Shown here piece by piece: positions 46,034 through 55,774 of a stretch of 64,000 nucleotides of DNA. Location of the stretch: assembly GCA_049602715.1 (NCBI GenBank), contig JBMYRX010000004.1, positions 514 to 64,513 of the forward strand, in the 5' to 3' direction. The translations under genes were made by a program, and so were the position numbers. The notes beneath the pieces are model-generated. The model was not told the origin of the DNA, searched no databases, and was given only the letters and a program-made list of their open reading frames with translations. Each line of letters begins with the position of its first letter. The stretch's first letter is position 1. This stretch comes from Paracoccaceae bacterium. GTDB lineage: Bacteria > Pseudomonadota > Alphaproteobacteria > Rhodobacterales > Rhodobacteraceae.

Positions 46034-47071
46034 ATGCTAAATGATAAAATTGAAGCTAAATGGATTGATATGTTTGAAAGCATCTTCCAATCCTGCAAAC
46101 TAAACAGAAATGAAACTGCTGTAATTTTATCCGAAACGCAAAGTAGATTAAGTAATGTCACCTTATCTGAGTTAGCTCTTGAGAAAATGGGTATAAGTTT
46201 TTATCATTTAAAAGTACCGAGCCCAAAGCCCCAATCGTCCGCCATAATTCGATCAAGTGGAGCATCTTTAGCCCTTAATGGCCAAAACAAAGCAGTCGTT
46301 GCCTTAAGTAACGCTGATTTTGTAGTCGACCTTACCTTAGAAGGACTTATGCACGCGCCCCAAACAAAAGAAATTCTAGGAAAAGGTGCACGAATTATGA
46401 CTATTTCCAACGAACATCCTGAGATATTAGAGAGGTGTATGCCAGAACCACAAACAAAAGATAGAGCACTCTCTGCCAGCAGGTTATGTCGAAATAGTCG
46501 AAAGATGACAGTCAGCAGCGATAAGGGTACAAATCTATCCATTAATATGGAGGGTAATAATACTGTTGGAGTTTGGGGTTACACAGATAAACCTGGAACT
46601 TTGGCTCACTGGCCTGGGGGTCTAGTTGTATCTTTTCCAAAGCCAAATAGTGTGAACGGAACGCTCATTTTTCAACCCGGAGATATTAACTTAACTTTTA
46701 AAAAATATTTTGAGTCAGAGGTAATCTGTACTGTAAGCAATGACTACATAACTAAGATCGAGGGAACTGGTAGTGATGCGTTACTTATCAAAAGGTACCT
46801 GGAGGCATTTGGAGACAGAGAGTGTTACGCGACCAGCCACGTTGGATGGGGTTTAAGTCAGTCAGCCCGCTATGAAGCACTAGCAATGTACGACCGGAAT
46901 GATTTAAATGGAACTGAGTTGCGTTCGCTTGCAGGAAATTTTTTATATTCAACCGGTGCAAACGAGTTTGCCAATCGATTTACGGAAGGTCACTTCGATT
47001 TACCAATGATGAACTGCACTATAAATATTGACGGTCAAGATGTCGTAAAGTCTGGTAATTTAGTAGAATGA
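46034..47071 (+). CDS. Aminopeptidase-T-fold protein resembling 2,5-dihydroxypyridine 5,6-dioxygenase (NicX-like)
   Basis: 345 aa. The motifs HWPGG, SHVGWGL, YDRND, GNFLYSTGAN and GHFDLP parallel those I recall from Pseudomonas putida NicX. Confidence 0.6.
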   Translation: MLNDKIEAKWIDMFESIFQSCKLNRNETAVILSETQSRLSNVTLSELALEKMGISFYHLKVPSPKPQSSAIIRSSGASLALNGQNKAVVALSNADFVVDLTLEGLMHAPQTKEILGKGARIMTISNEHPEILERCMPEPQTKDRALSASRLCRNSRKMTVSSDKGTNLSINMEGNNTVGVWGYTDKPGTLAHWPGGLVVSFPKPNSVNGTLIFQPGDINLTFKKYFESEVICTVSNDYITKIEGTGSDALLIKRYLEAFGDRECYATSHVGWGLSQSARYEALAMYDRNDLNGTELRSLAGNFLYSTGANEFANRFTEGHFDLPMMNCTINIDGQDVVKSGNLVE

Positions 47072-47850
47072 AAGAAGCTAATGGCCTCACATATCAAGAT
47101 TACGGTCAATCAGAAACACCTGTCCTGTGCCTGCACGGTATAGGTGGAGACAGTAATAGCTTCAGGCCTCAGTTAGAAAGTTTAAGTGAAAAATTTCGAG
47201 TAATTTCTTTAAATTTACCAGGTTATGGCGGTTCTCAAAGATTGTCCGATACGACTTTTAAAAATCTATCAACCAAAATATGTGATTTCATGACCACCTT
47301 AGGTCTTAATCAAGCTCATTTGTGCGGGCAATCCATAGGGGGAATGATTTCCTTAGAGATCGCATTTTTGTTTCCAAAATTTGTAAAATCGTTAGCACTC
47401 ATTGCAACCACTTCAGCTTTTGGAGGAAAAGATGAAACTTTCAAAGAAAGGTTTATATCCGCTCGTTTAAAACCTTTGGACGAAGGCTTAGCTATTCAAG
47501 ATCTTGCAAAGAAATTTATTCCCGAAATTGTTGGATCTAGGGCAACTAAATTTGTGAAAGACCAGGCAATTGACTCAATGTCTAAAGTCTCTAGTGAAAC
47601 TTACCGTGATATTATACGTTGCTTAGTTACTTTCAACCGAAGAGATCAAATAAAAGATCTGGATGTGCCGTGTTGCTTAATATCAGGAGATGAGGATACT
47701 AATGCCCCTGCACGCACAATGGAAAAAATGGCTGATACAATACCAAATTCCGAATACCATAATATAGTTGGGGCCGGCCACCTTACTAATCTAGAGGAGA
47801 GTAAAAGGACTAATGAAATTTTATTTAATTTTTATCGGGGTTTGACATAA
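47068..47850 (+). CDS. Alpha/beta hydrolase (NicD-like position)
   Basis: 260 aa with the nucleophile elbow GQSIGG and an HG oxyanion motif (LCLHGIGG). Its start overlaps the upstream stop. Confidence 0.8.
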   Translation: MKEANGLTYQDYGQSETPVLCLHGIGGDSNSFRPQLESLSEKFRVISLNLPGYGGSQRLSDTTFKNLSTKICDFMTTLGLNQAHLCGQSIGGMISLEIAFLFPKFVKSLALIATTSAFGGKDETFKERFISARLKPLDEGLAIQDLAKKFIPEIVGSRATKFVKDQAIDSMSKVSSETYRDIIRCLVTFNRRDQIKDLDVPCCLISGDEDTNAPARTMEKMADTIPNSEYHNIVGAGHLTNLEESKRTNEILFNFYRGLT

Positions 47851-49100
47851 TGAAAGAAGATTTACCAATTTTTGATGAGAAAACTTGGAATTTGAATATA
47901 AAGCAGATTGAGTTAACTCGTCTTGCTAGGAAATTGGGTCAGGAAAAGTTTTCTACGAGGGCAGCTCATTATGATCGTACCGCCACCTTTCCAACTGAAA
48001 ATTACAAAGATTTTTTTGATAGTGGACTGATTGGAATTTGCATTCCAGAACCTAGCGGTGGTCATGGCGCAGACTTTAAAACATATATGCTCACTGCTGC
48101 TGAAATTGGCAGGTACTGTGGTGCGACTGCTTTAACATTTAATATGCATGTATCTTCATGCCTCTGGAGTGGTCATTTAATTGATAATCTAGACATAGAT
48201 GATAATGACAGAGCGGAACATAATATAAACAGAGAGGTTCACTACCGACGTATCCTTGATGATGGAGCTATATACGCCCAACCTTTCTCAGAGGGTGGTT
48301 CTGCAGCTGCTGGTGCGACCTCATTTCAGACGACTGCTCTAAGAGTAGAAAATGGTTGGATAGTAAATGGTAAGAAGATTTTTGCATCCCTATCAGGACA
48401 CGCAAACTATTATGGTACATTATGTACAGAGATAACAGATGAAGAAGGTCCACAAGATCGCGTTAATACAACTTATCTAGCTATTCCTGCTAATTCTAAG
48501 GGTGTATCTGTAGAGGGCGAATGGGATCCCTTGGGAATGAGGGGAACTGTCTCAAGAAATTTAATTTTTAATGATGTTTTCGTTCCTGATAACGCAAAGC
48601 TTATGCCATCAGGAGTTTACCACAAAGCTGCAAAAAGATGGCCACACATGTTTATGACTTTGACACCGGCATATATGGGGCTCGCACAGGCCGCGTATGA
48701 CTTCACCGTGACATATCTGCGTGGAGAAATGCCAGGAACTCCACCGATAAAACGTAGGATGCACCCAACAAAGCAAATTGCTGTAGCAGAGATGCGTATA
48801 ATGTTAGAGCAGACAAAAGGTATTTGGTTTCAGGCAATTACTGAAGCGGGCCCCTACCCCACGCGAGACAGCTTACTGAGAGCTTGGGCTGCACAATACA
48901 CCGTAATGGAGAACTCAAATAAAATTGCACAATTAGCTATTCGAACTTGTGGGGGCCAGTCAATGTTAAAAACGCTGCAACTAGAACGCATATATAGAGA
49001 TAGTAGATGCGGATCTCTTATGTTGCCTTGGACCAGCGAGCTCTGCCTCGACATGCTTGGTAAGGCTACTCTTTATGAGTCCGGTGAAAGGGATGAATGA
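47850..49100 (+). CDS. Acyl-CoA dehydrogenase-fold flavoprotein, possibly an oxygenase rather than a dehydrogenase
   Basis: 416 aa with an ACAD-like three-domain pattern. The position that aligns with the MCAD catalytic Glu (..IYEGTS..) reads ..LPWTSE.. here. Confidence 0.7.
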   Translation: MKEDLPIFDEKTWNLNIKQIELTRLARKLGQEKFSTRAAHYDRTATFPTENYKDFFDSGLIGICIPEPSGGHGADFKTYMLTAAEIGRYCGATALTFNMHVSSCLWSGHLIDNLDIDDNDRAEHNINREVHYRRILDDGAIYAQPFSEGGSAAAGATSFQTTALRVENGWIVNGKKIFASLSGHANYYGTLCTEITDEEGPQDRVNTTYLAIPANSKGVSVEGEWDPLGMRGTVSRNLIFNDVFVPDNAKLMPSGVYHKAAKRWPHMFMTLTPAYMGLAQAAYDFTVTYLRGEMPGTPPIKRRMHPTKQIAVAEMRIMLEQTKGIWFQAITEAGPYPTRDSLLRAWAAQYTVMENSNKIAQLAIRTCGGQSMLKTLQLERIYRDSRCGSLMLPWTSELCLDMLGKATLYESGERDE

Positions 49101-49103
49101 GTT

Positions 49104-50612
49104 TTGCCAAATAAGTTAAAAACAATTGACGCTTGGCTTACGAAACATGCTAGGCAAAAACCTGATACGGTTGCGTTGGAATTTAATAATGAAGTTTGGA
49201 GTTACGAAGACTTTAACAATTACGTAATTAATGCAGCTCACCTGTTAATTAAAGAATTTAGTGTAACACATGGTGACAGAATTGCATATTTTGGAACCAA
49301 TAGTAACACCGAAGTAGTCCTTTTCTTCGCTTGTGCAAAACTTGGATTAATAATTGTACCCTTAAATTGGAGGTTAAGCTCTCATGAATTAAATGAGATC
49401 ATGGTCGACTGTAACCCAAGCATTATATTTTTTCAAAATTCGTTTAAGTCAGAGTTACCAACGGTAACTGCTGAATTAAATTGCCAAACAATTGACGCTG
49501 CACAATTTCAAAAAAAATTAGAGATAGAACACCATAAAGAAATTAATATACCATTCGAGACCGACGCAACAGATCCATTATTTATAGTTTATACCTCTGG
49601 TACAACAGGGATACCTAAGGGGGCGGTGCTAACCCAAAACGCAGTGCAGGATAATGCGATTATAAGCGTGGACGCTCATAACTTTACGTCTGATGATCAT
49701 ATTTTGAATGTTCTCCCGTTATTTCATGTTGGTGGCATTAATATCCAAATGCTGCCCGCTTTTTTTATTGGTGCCAGAGTAACCCTTACAGCTGTTTTTG
49801 ATCCCGAGACTACCGTTGAAAAATTAAAAGGATCAAAGATTTCTACTATGGTATGCGTACCAACTGTTATAACAGCTATTTCACAACGAATTAACTGGAA
49901 CTCTAAATTATTTCCAAGCCTCAGGGTCCTTGCTATTGGATCTACCGATGTCCCTTTAGAGATTATTCAAGACAGCCATAGGCGTGGAGTGCCTATGATA
50001 CAGGTATACGGCGCTACTGAGACCGGCCCGGTAACAATATATCAACATCCCCACGAAGCCACTTCCACGGAGGGGTCAATAGGTCGGGCTGGGAAAAATA
50101 TAAATATAAAATTAATGTCTGAAGAAGGTGTCGAAGTTCCATTGGGAACTCCCGGTGAAATTTGGGTGAAGGCGCCAAATATTTTTTCTTATTACTGGAA
50201 CAATCCTAAAGAAACTGAAAATGCGTTAACCAAGGGATGGTTTAAAACGGGAGACTTAGCCCTCCAAGATAATAACGGTCTTTACTGGTTCACAGAAAGG
50301 TTAAAGCACGTTATAATTTCCGGTGGTGAAAATATTTATCCAGCCGAAATTGAGCGTGTATTAAATAGTTCTCCTGAGGTCGAAGAATGCTCCGTGGTGG
50401 GCAAGAAAGATATTAAATGGGGCGAAGTTCCAATAGCCTTTATAGTACCTTCCGACATTAAAACTAAAGCTCTAGATACCTTAAATATTTTGGATGGGAA
50501 AGTTGCAAAATTTAAACATCCAAAAGAAGTCTTCTTTTTGGATAAACTTCCTAGAAACGCGATGGGTAAAGTCCAGGTTGAAAATTTAAAAAAAATAGCC
50601 TCTCAAGATTAA
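49104..50612 (+). CDS. AMP-dependent synthetase/ligase
   Basis: 502 aa with the motifs YTSGTTGIPKGA, GATE, TGD and GKV. TTG start. Confidence 0.85.
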   Translation: MPNKLKTIDAWLTKHARQKPDTVALEFNNEVWSYEDFNNYVINAAHLLIKEFSVTHGDRIAYFGTNSNTEVVLFFACAKLGLIIVPLNWRLSSHELNEIMVDCNPSIIFFQNSFKSELPTVTAELNCQTIDAAQFQKKLEIEHHKEINIPFETDATDPLFIVYTSGTTGIPKGAVLTQNAVQDNAIISVDAHNFTSDDHILNVLPLFHVGGINIQMLPAFFIGARVTLTAVFDPETTVEKLKGSKISTMVCVPTVITAISQRINWNSKLFPSLRVLAIGSTDVPLEIIQDSHRRGVPMIQVYGATETGPVTIYQHPHEATSTEGSIGRAGKNINIKLMSEEGVEVPLGTPGEIWVKAPNIFSYYWNNPKETENALTKGWFKTGDLALQDNNGLYWFTERLKHVIISGGENIYPAEIERVLNSSPEVEECSVVGKKDIKWGEVPIAFIVPSDIKTKALDTLNILDGKVAKFKHPKEVFFLDKLPRNAMGKVQVENLKKIASQD

Positions 50613-50613
50613 C

Positions 50614-51756
50614 CTAAGCTGTGTGCCACCACTGACCATTAATTACAACACCATCAAGTTCTATTTTCCGGTCTCCCTTGAGTGTCTCACCCAAAACATC
50701 AATGTAATCATATGAGCCAGTATCAATTCGTAACAAAGATACATCACCAACAGATCCAACTTTAAAGGTTCCCAGCTCAGGCCTGTTAAGTGCTTTGGCC
50801 GCATTTACCGTCGACTGTTCGATAACGTCGTAAAATGGTACCCCCAAAACTAAAAACTTGGATAAAGTAGTTAATTGGTCAAATGCTGGGCCGTTAATAC
50901 AAAGTTTGTGGACGTCAGATGAAATCACATCTGGTTGAAAATTATTTTCAAGCATAAGCTTTGCAACCTTAAAGGAAAATGAACCCTTACCGTGGCCAAT
51001 GTCAAATATTACACCTCTTTCTCGAGCCTCAAGTACTTCCGGTAATACTTTTCCATTCGCCATTATGGGTGTATTTGGGAATGGCCTGAAACAATGCGTG
51101 AGAACGTCTCCCTTTCTAAGTCTCGACACAATATGTGCGTATGACGGTGGCGGCTCATCAATGTGGACCATAATTGGTAATCCAGTCTCTTCTGCAACTT
51201 GTAATGCATATTCATAAGGAATAGTTCCGTGGACCCCGGAGGCAATACGGCCTAACCTTACTTTTATACCGACGATTACGTCTCTATTTTCATTCACAAC
51301 CTCGACTGCCGTAATGGGATCCATTAAGTTTAAATTTTTACTCTCACCGACCATAACCCTGTCTGAAAATGCGTACACACCTGCATGAGAGACGTGGAGA
51401 TAAGCCAAAATACGAACATCTGACTTTTCTATGACATGTTTACGAAATCCAGCAAAATTACCTGGTCCAGCTGACCCAGTATCCACTGCTGTTGTGACGC
51501 CATTGTGTCGACAAAAGTCATCTGCATCAATTCCCAGAGATGTTCCGCCCCAGTAAACGTGTGTGTGTAAATCAATTAGACCTGGTACAACGAATGATTT
51601 ACTAACATCCTTAATCTCTTTTGCTTCACTTGACGATAAATCATCATCTACCTTGGCAACTTTCCCATTTGCAAAGGCTATATCTTGACGTTTATCAATC
51701 CCCTGTGATGGATCCACTACGTGGCCACCTTTTAAAATTAAGTCGTATGAGCTCAT
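50614..51756 (-). CDS. Metal-dependent amidohydrolase (dihydroorotase/deacetylase-like, ~380 aa class)
   Basis: It shows the pattern GLIDLHTHVY, with later H and D ligands in a TIM-barrel amidohydrolase arrangement. Confidence 0.8.
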   Translation of the reverse strand: MSSYDLILKGGHVVDPSQGIDKRQDIAFANGKVAKVDDDLSSSEAKEIKDVSKSFVVPGLIDLHTHVYWGGTSLGIDADDFCRHNGVTTAVDTGSAGPGNFAGFRKHVIEKSDVRILAYLHVSHAGVYAFSDRVMVGESKNLNLMDPITAVEVVNENRDVIVGIKVRLGRIASGVHGTIPYEYALQVAEETGLPIMVHIDEPPPSYAHIVSRLRKGDVLTHCFRPFPNTPIMANGKVLPEVLEARERGVIFDIGHGKGSFSFKVAKLMLENNFQPDVISSDVHKLCINGPAFDQLTTLSKFLVLGVPFYDVIEQSTVNAAKALNRPELGTFKVGSVGDVSLLRIDTGSYDYIDVLGETLKGDRKIELDGVVINGQWWHTA

Positions 51757-51839
51757 TAAATTATTCCTCTTAAGAGATTATTATACATAATTTTTCAGGT
51801 ATAAATATATGTATCATATATAATGTAAATAGTAATAAA

Positions 51840-53303
51840 TTATTTGTGGGGATTATCTACCTTAGGCCAAAAGTTACTATCACGTTTTGTGTATGGAATA
51901 GATGAGCTATCAAAACTCATTGCACCGGGGCCAGAGACGTGAATGATTTCCTCTGCCACAACATCAAAGCTATTAAAGAAATGATTAGAGGATTTCACAA
52001 TAATAGTCCCCATTTTCTCTAGTTCAATTCCAATTTCAAGAAATGGAAGGCGACTGAGGGCTTGATTTCGAAGGTCGTTAACTAGAATATTAATATTATT
52101 CTCCATCTTCAACCATACCAAATTTCCGAGTGGCATCATAACATCTCCATCTCCCATTGCGTGATGTTGATTGCTCGTTACATTCATAATTTCAGCAGTA
52201 ATATTCAAAGGTAACCCAGATACGGCTCCGTGCTTACCGCCTAAACATAAATCAAGTACGGCACCCTTCCCCGCTGCTTTACAAATTCTTACAACTCCTG
52301 GGTCCCAGAAAATACCGATAGCTACATCGTTCATATTTTTTTCTAAGGCGGCTCTCAACATGAAGGTAGAGTCAGAGGGTGCACCACCACCAGAATTATC
52401 AGATATATCGGCCAGGACTATTGGATGTTTGTTACTCTCGTGAGCATAAGAAAGTGCTGTGTCAATAGATGGGAAGTCCACCCGAAAATCCTCCCGTAAA
52501 TTCCAAATTTTTTGACCAAACTCGTTTGCTAAATCACTTGCCAAGTCTGGATCATTATCGGTTATCGCCAACATTCTTGTCCCGACGTCAGGCATATCCC
52601 CTGTAGGAAAGCCATGACATAAAGATAAAGAGAGGACGCCCTTTTCCTTTTCTTTTTCTTTCATTTCAGCTACAAAACCCGCCATGGGCTCAATTGGTGT
52701 TCTGTAAAATGCAATCATCTTACAATCCCAGAAACGCATTACGGGTGTAATTTTCTTTTCCGCCGACGCAATCGCTAAATCGTAGAGCTCATCTGCTCTC
52801 TCATCGATATCATCGTGTGGATAATGCTTGAAGAATACTAATAAATTAGCACTGTCCATCATTTTATCTGTTAAGTGACCGTGGAGGTCTAGCTCTGTTC
52901 CAATAATTGTGTCCTTACCAACTATTTTTCTTATTTCAGACATAAGGTCACCCTCACAATCATCGTAGCCTTGTGCAATCATGGCACCATGTTGAGATAA
53001 CAACACGATATCGACAGGGCCTGCGGCTTTTAAATCATCGAGGACCATACCTCTTAATTTCTCGTAAACATGTCTCACAGTGATACCGGCTGGCATTGCA
53101 AAGGTTGACAAGGAACAAATAACTTCGTGTCCATCTTCTTGGGCACGCTTATTCCAAAGATGCATTGGCGAATTGAATAGCTTTGCCGGTTGGGATAGTG
53201 TGTCATGCCTGTAGAAGTAGCATTCCTCAAAGTCCTCCCAACCCGTCGGCATAGGCGCAAATACGTTTGTTTCTGTTCCAAATGAAGCCATAAAAATTCG
53301 CAT
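51840..53303 (-). CDS. M81-family metallopeptidase (MlrC-like)
   Basis: 487 aa. The N-terminal MRIFMASFGTETNVF matches the MlrC N-terminal pattern. Confidence 0.7.
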   Translation of the reverse strand: MRIFMASFGTETNVFAPMPTGWEDFEECYFYRHDTLSQPAKLFNSPMHLWNKRAQEDGHEVICSLSTFAMPAGITVRHVYEKLRGMVLDDLKAAGPVDIVLLSQHGAMIAQGYDDCEGDLMSEIRKIVGKDTIIGTELDLHGHLTDKMMDSANLLVFFKHYPHDDIDERADELYDLAIASAEKKITPVMRFWDCKMIAFYRTPIEPMAGFVAEMKEKEKEKGVLSLSLCHGFPTGDMPDVGTRMLAITDNDPDLASDLANEFGQKIWNLREDFRVDFPSIDTALSYAHESNKHPIVLADISDNSGGGAPSDSTFMLRAALEKNMNDVAIGIFWDPGVVRICKAAGKGAVLDLCLGGKHGAVSGLPLNITAEIMNVTSNQHHAMGDGDVMMPLGNLVWLKMENNINILVNDLRNQALSRLPFLEIGIELEKMGTIIVKSSNHFFNSFDVVAEEIIHVSGPGAMSFDSSSIPYTKRDSNFWPKVDNPHK

Positions 53304-53357
53304 AATAAATTCCTTAATGTCAGTTAGTTTTTCTAATTATTGGTAAAAGTTAAAAGG

Positions 53358-53909
53358 TTAAACACCTGAATGATAGAGCGACGCCTCCTCCTCCATCTCG
53401 AGCTGCATTACATCATTAAATTTATTAAAAAACGTACACAAAGTTATCCGGAAGGTTAACTCAACCATCTGCTCTTCGGTGAAGTGCTCTCTTAACCCAT
53501 CAAATTGGCTGTCGGAGACCCTGTTATGATCTTGGGTAACCTGAACAGCGTAGTCGCGTATTAAAAGCTCCAACGGAGTTAAACCTGGACAATTCAAATT
53601 TAAAATATTGTCCACTGTGTCTCGGGGCAGACCTGAGGCCTCTAATTTCGGCCCGTGATGTGCCACGCAATAATCACAACTGTTAACTGCTGACACCGCA
53701 ACAATCGCGATTTCGAGATGGCGTCTCTCAAGAATTGGATTGTCCGCCATTTCTAACAGCATACCCATAATATGCTTTAACGCTATCGGACGGTGCGCAA
53801 ATACTTTGGCTTGGTTTGCAAATGGCCCATACTCCTCGACGTAACGCTGATAGACAGGCTGAATATCAGATGGAACTTCCTCGATACCGACGCCTCGAAC
53901 TCTTGCCAT
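53358..53909 (-). CDS. Carboxymuconolactone decarboxylase / AhpD-like family protein
   Basis: 183 aa with the AhpD-type CxxC motif (CDYCVAHH). Confidence 0.75.
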   Translation of the reverse strand: MARVRGVGIEEVPSDIQPVYQRYVEEYGPFANQAKVFAHRPIALKHIMGMLLEMADNPILERRHLEIAIVAVSAVNSCDYCVAHHGPKLEASGLPRDTVDNILNLNCPGLTPLELLIRDYAVQVTQDHNRVSDSQFDGLREHFTEEQMVELTFRITLCTFFNKFNDVMQLEMEEEASLYHSGV

Positions 53910-54136
53910 GTGTTTCTCCTACGAAGTCCGCTAATACGTAAAACCATTTTCATGACACATTATCATGATACAAAATTAAATTACCGTATGGTTGAGTAAG
54001 GTCAAGTTGAAATATATATATTATATACCTAACGAACTTATTAACTTAAAGCCTAATGAAGAAATTTATTTTGCACTTAAGGTTAACGATTAATTTTTTT
54101 ACTCAAATTGAAAAAAAATATATAACAAATAACCAA

Positions 54137-55030
54137 TCACTTTTTTGACTGATGCAATTCTGACAGAGTATTAAAAATCACTGATAAAATAACAATCAAT
54201 CCGCCAATAATAGTCCACTGGGTTGGAACTTCGTTTATAAAAAGCCAAACCCAAATAGGACCCAATGTAAATTCTAATAGCATAAAAAAGGTTAACTCTG
54301 CTGCTAAAAGATGTCTTGATGAAATAATGAATAAAGCGTTACTAAAACCCGCGACAATACCTCCTAAAGTAAAACATAGAATTAAATCATAAATTGGGAC
54401 ACTTACGTTACCTGACTTAACAAACAAGACAATCAAAATAACTATTAAACTGGAAACTACAAAAGTCGGCAACATATCAACCGATCTATTACGGCGAATA
54501 ATCGTTGCGTAGCCAGAAAAACCTAGAGCACAAAGGAAAGCCATGAGATTTCCAAAGACGGTTCCGAACGAAAATCCCTCTAAAATCATTATAAATATGC
54601 CAATCGCCGCAAAAACCATAGCAATGAATGTGGATTGCTTTATTTTTTCTCTTAAAAAGAACCAAGCAAAAGCTGCTGTGATGAAAGGGATTGAACTTAG
54701 TGTGAAAAGTGTAGCAGCAACAGTCGTATTGGTAATAGCTTGCAAGAAAGCAATCCCAGCGAAAGCAAGTAAAAATCCAGCAATTATACCAAACCAACCG
54801 ATACCAGAAAACTGACGGAGCGTAGACTTTCTATACCTAAAAACTAAAACAAGCCCTATCGCCATAGCGAAAGCGATAGATCTGTAAAAATTTATTTGCC
54901 AGGTATCAGCTGTTTCAATATTACGGATAATTAATCCACCAAAGCTTATTACTGTTGAACTGATTATCATCAATATCATCGCATACAGGCGTCTTGGAGT
55001 TGGTTGTATATACTCATTACTGTATGTCAT
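54137..55030 (-). CDS. DMT-superfamily transporter (EamA-like)
   Basis: 297 aa with about 10 hydrophobic helices arranged as two EamA-like halves. Confidence 0.8.
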   Translation of the reverse strand: MTYSNEYIQPTPRRLYAMILMIISSTVISFGGLIIRNIETADTWQINFYRSIAFAMAIGLVLVFRYRKSTLRQFSGIGWFGIIAGFLLAFAGIAFLQAITNTTVAATLFTLSSIPFITAAFAWFFLREKIKQSTFIAMVFAAIGIFIMILEGFSFGTVFGNLMAFLCALGFSGYATIIRRNRSVDMLPTFVVSSLIVILIVLFVKSGNVSVPIYDLILCFTLGGIVAGFSNALFIISSRHLLAAELTFFMLLEFTLGPIWVWLFINEVPTQWTIIGGLIVILSVIFNTLSELHQSKK

Positions 55031-55184
55031 CAGGGAACAGTATTAACTCCAAGGTAAGGTGCTATATTAAATGCGACAAAAAAAGGTCGTTTATATTCTT
55101 TTAAAAAAATTTACTTTACAATAAAAGTAGATTTAATATTAAAATGATTAATTATCAATTAATTAAATACCATACTTAATGTAT

Positions 55185-55772
55185 TTAAACTCCTTTTAAG
55201 AAAAGAGTTACTGCAAAGTTTGCATACTCTTTTCTACCTTTAATTCCTCTCCCACCGTTCCATGTATAATACCAGTTCAACATACCAAATAATGACATTG
55301 TTGCCATTCTCAAACCTTTATCGTCATTAGAAAATTTTGTTGGACGCACTTCACTAATAATCTTTGACACGTAAGAAACGAGCTTACGCATGTGGGCTAT
55401 TAATATTTCCTGATCTGCAATCTCCAATTGCCCTATAGCATTGATTTGTAATTCATGAACGGCGTCATTACCTTGATACTGTACTAAAATTTCCTCGACG
55501 ATGTACGCCAAGTAATCTTCCGCTGATAGGTTTCCCCTCGTAAGGTTAAGAACATGACAAGATAGTTGAGACAAATGCTGATCAAGAATGGCGAACAAAA
55601 TACCATTTTTACTTGGGAAATAATGATAGAGCGTAGCTTTTGAGTAGCCACACTCCTCTGCAACCTGCGCCATTGAGGCCCTATCAAAGCCAACTTCAGC
55701 AAAAACCTTACTGGATATTGCTAATATTGAGTCACGTTTCTGTTGATGGTTTTTCGAAACCGTTCTAGCCAT
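55185..55772 (-). CDS. paaR: TetR-family regulator, PaaR-like by position
   Basis: 195 aa with an N-terminal TetR HTH (FAEVGFDRASMAQVAEECGYSKATLYHYFPSK). Its start lies 3 nt after the paaK stop. Confidence 0.7.
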   Translation of the reverse strand: MARTVSKNHQQKRDSILAISSKVFAEVGFDRASMAQVAEECGYSKATLYHYFPSKNGILFAILDQHLSQLSCHVLNLTRGNLSAEDYLAYIVEEILVQYQGNDAVHELQINAIGQLEIADQEILIAHMRKLVSYVSKIISEVRPTKFSNDDKGLRMATMSLFGMLNWYYTWNGGRGIKGRKEYANFAVTLFLKGV

Positions 55773-55774
55773 TA

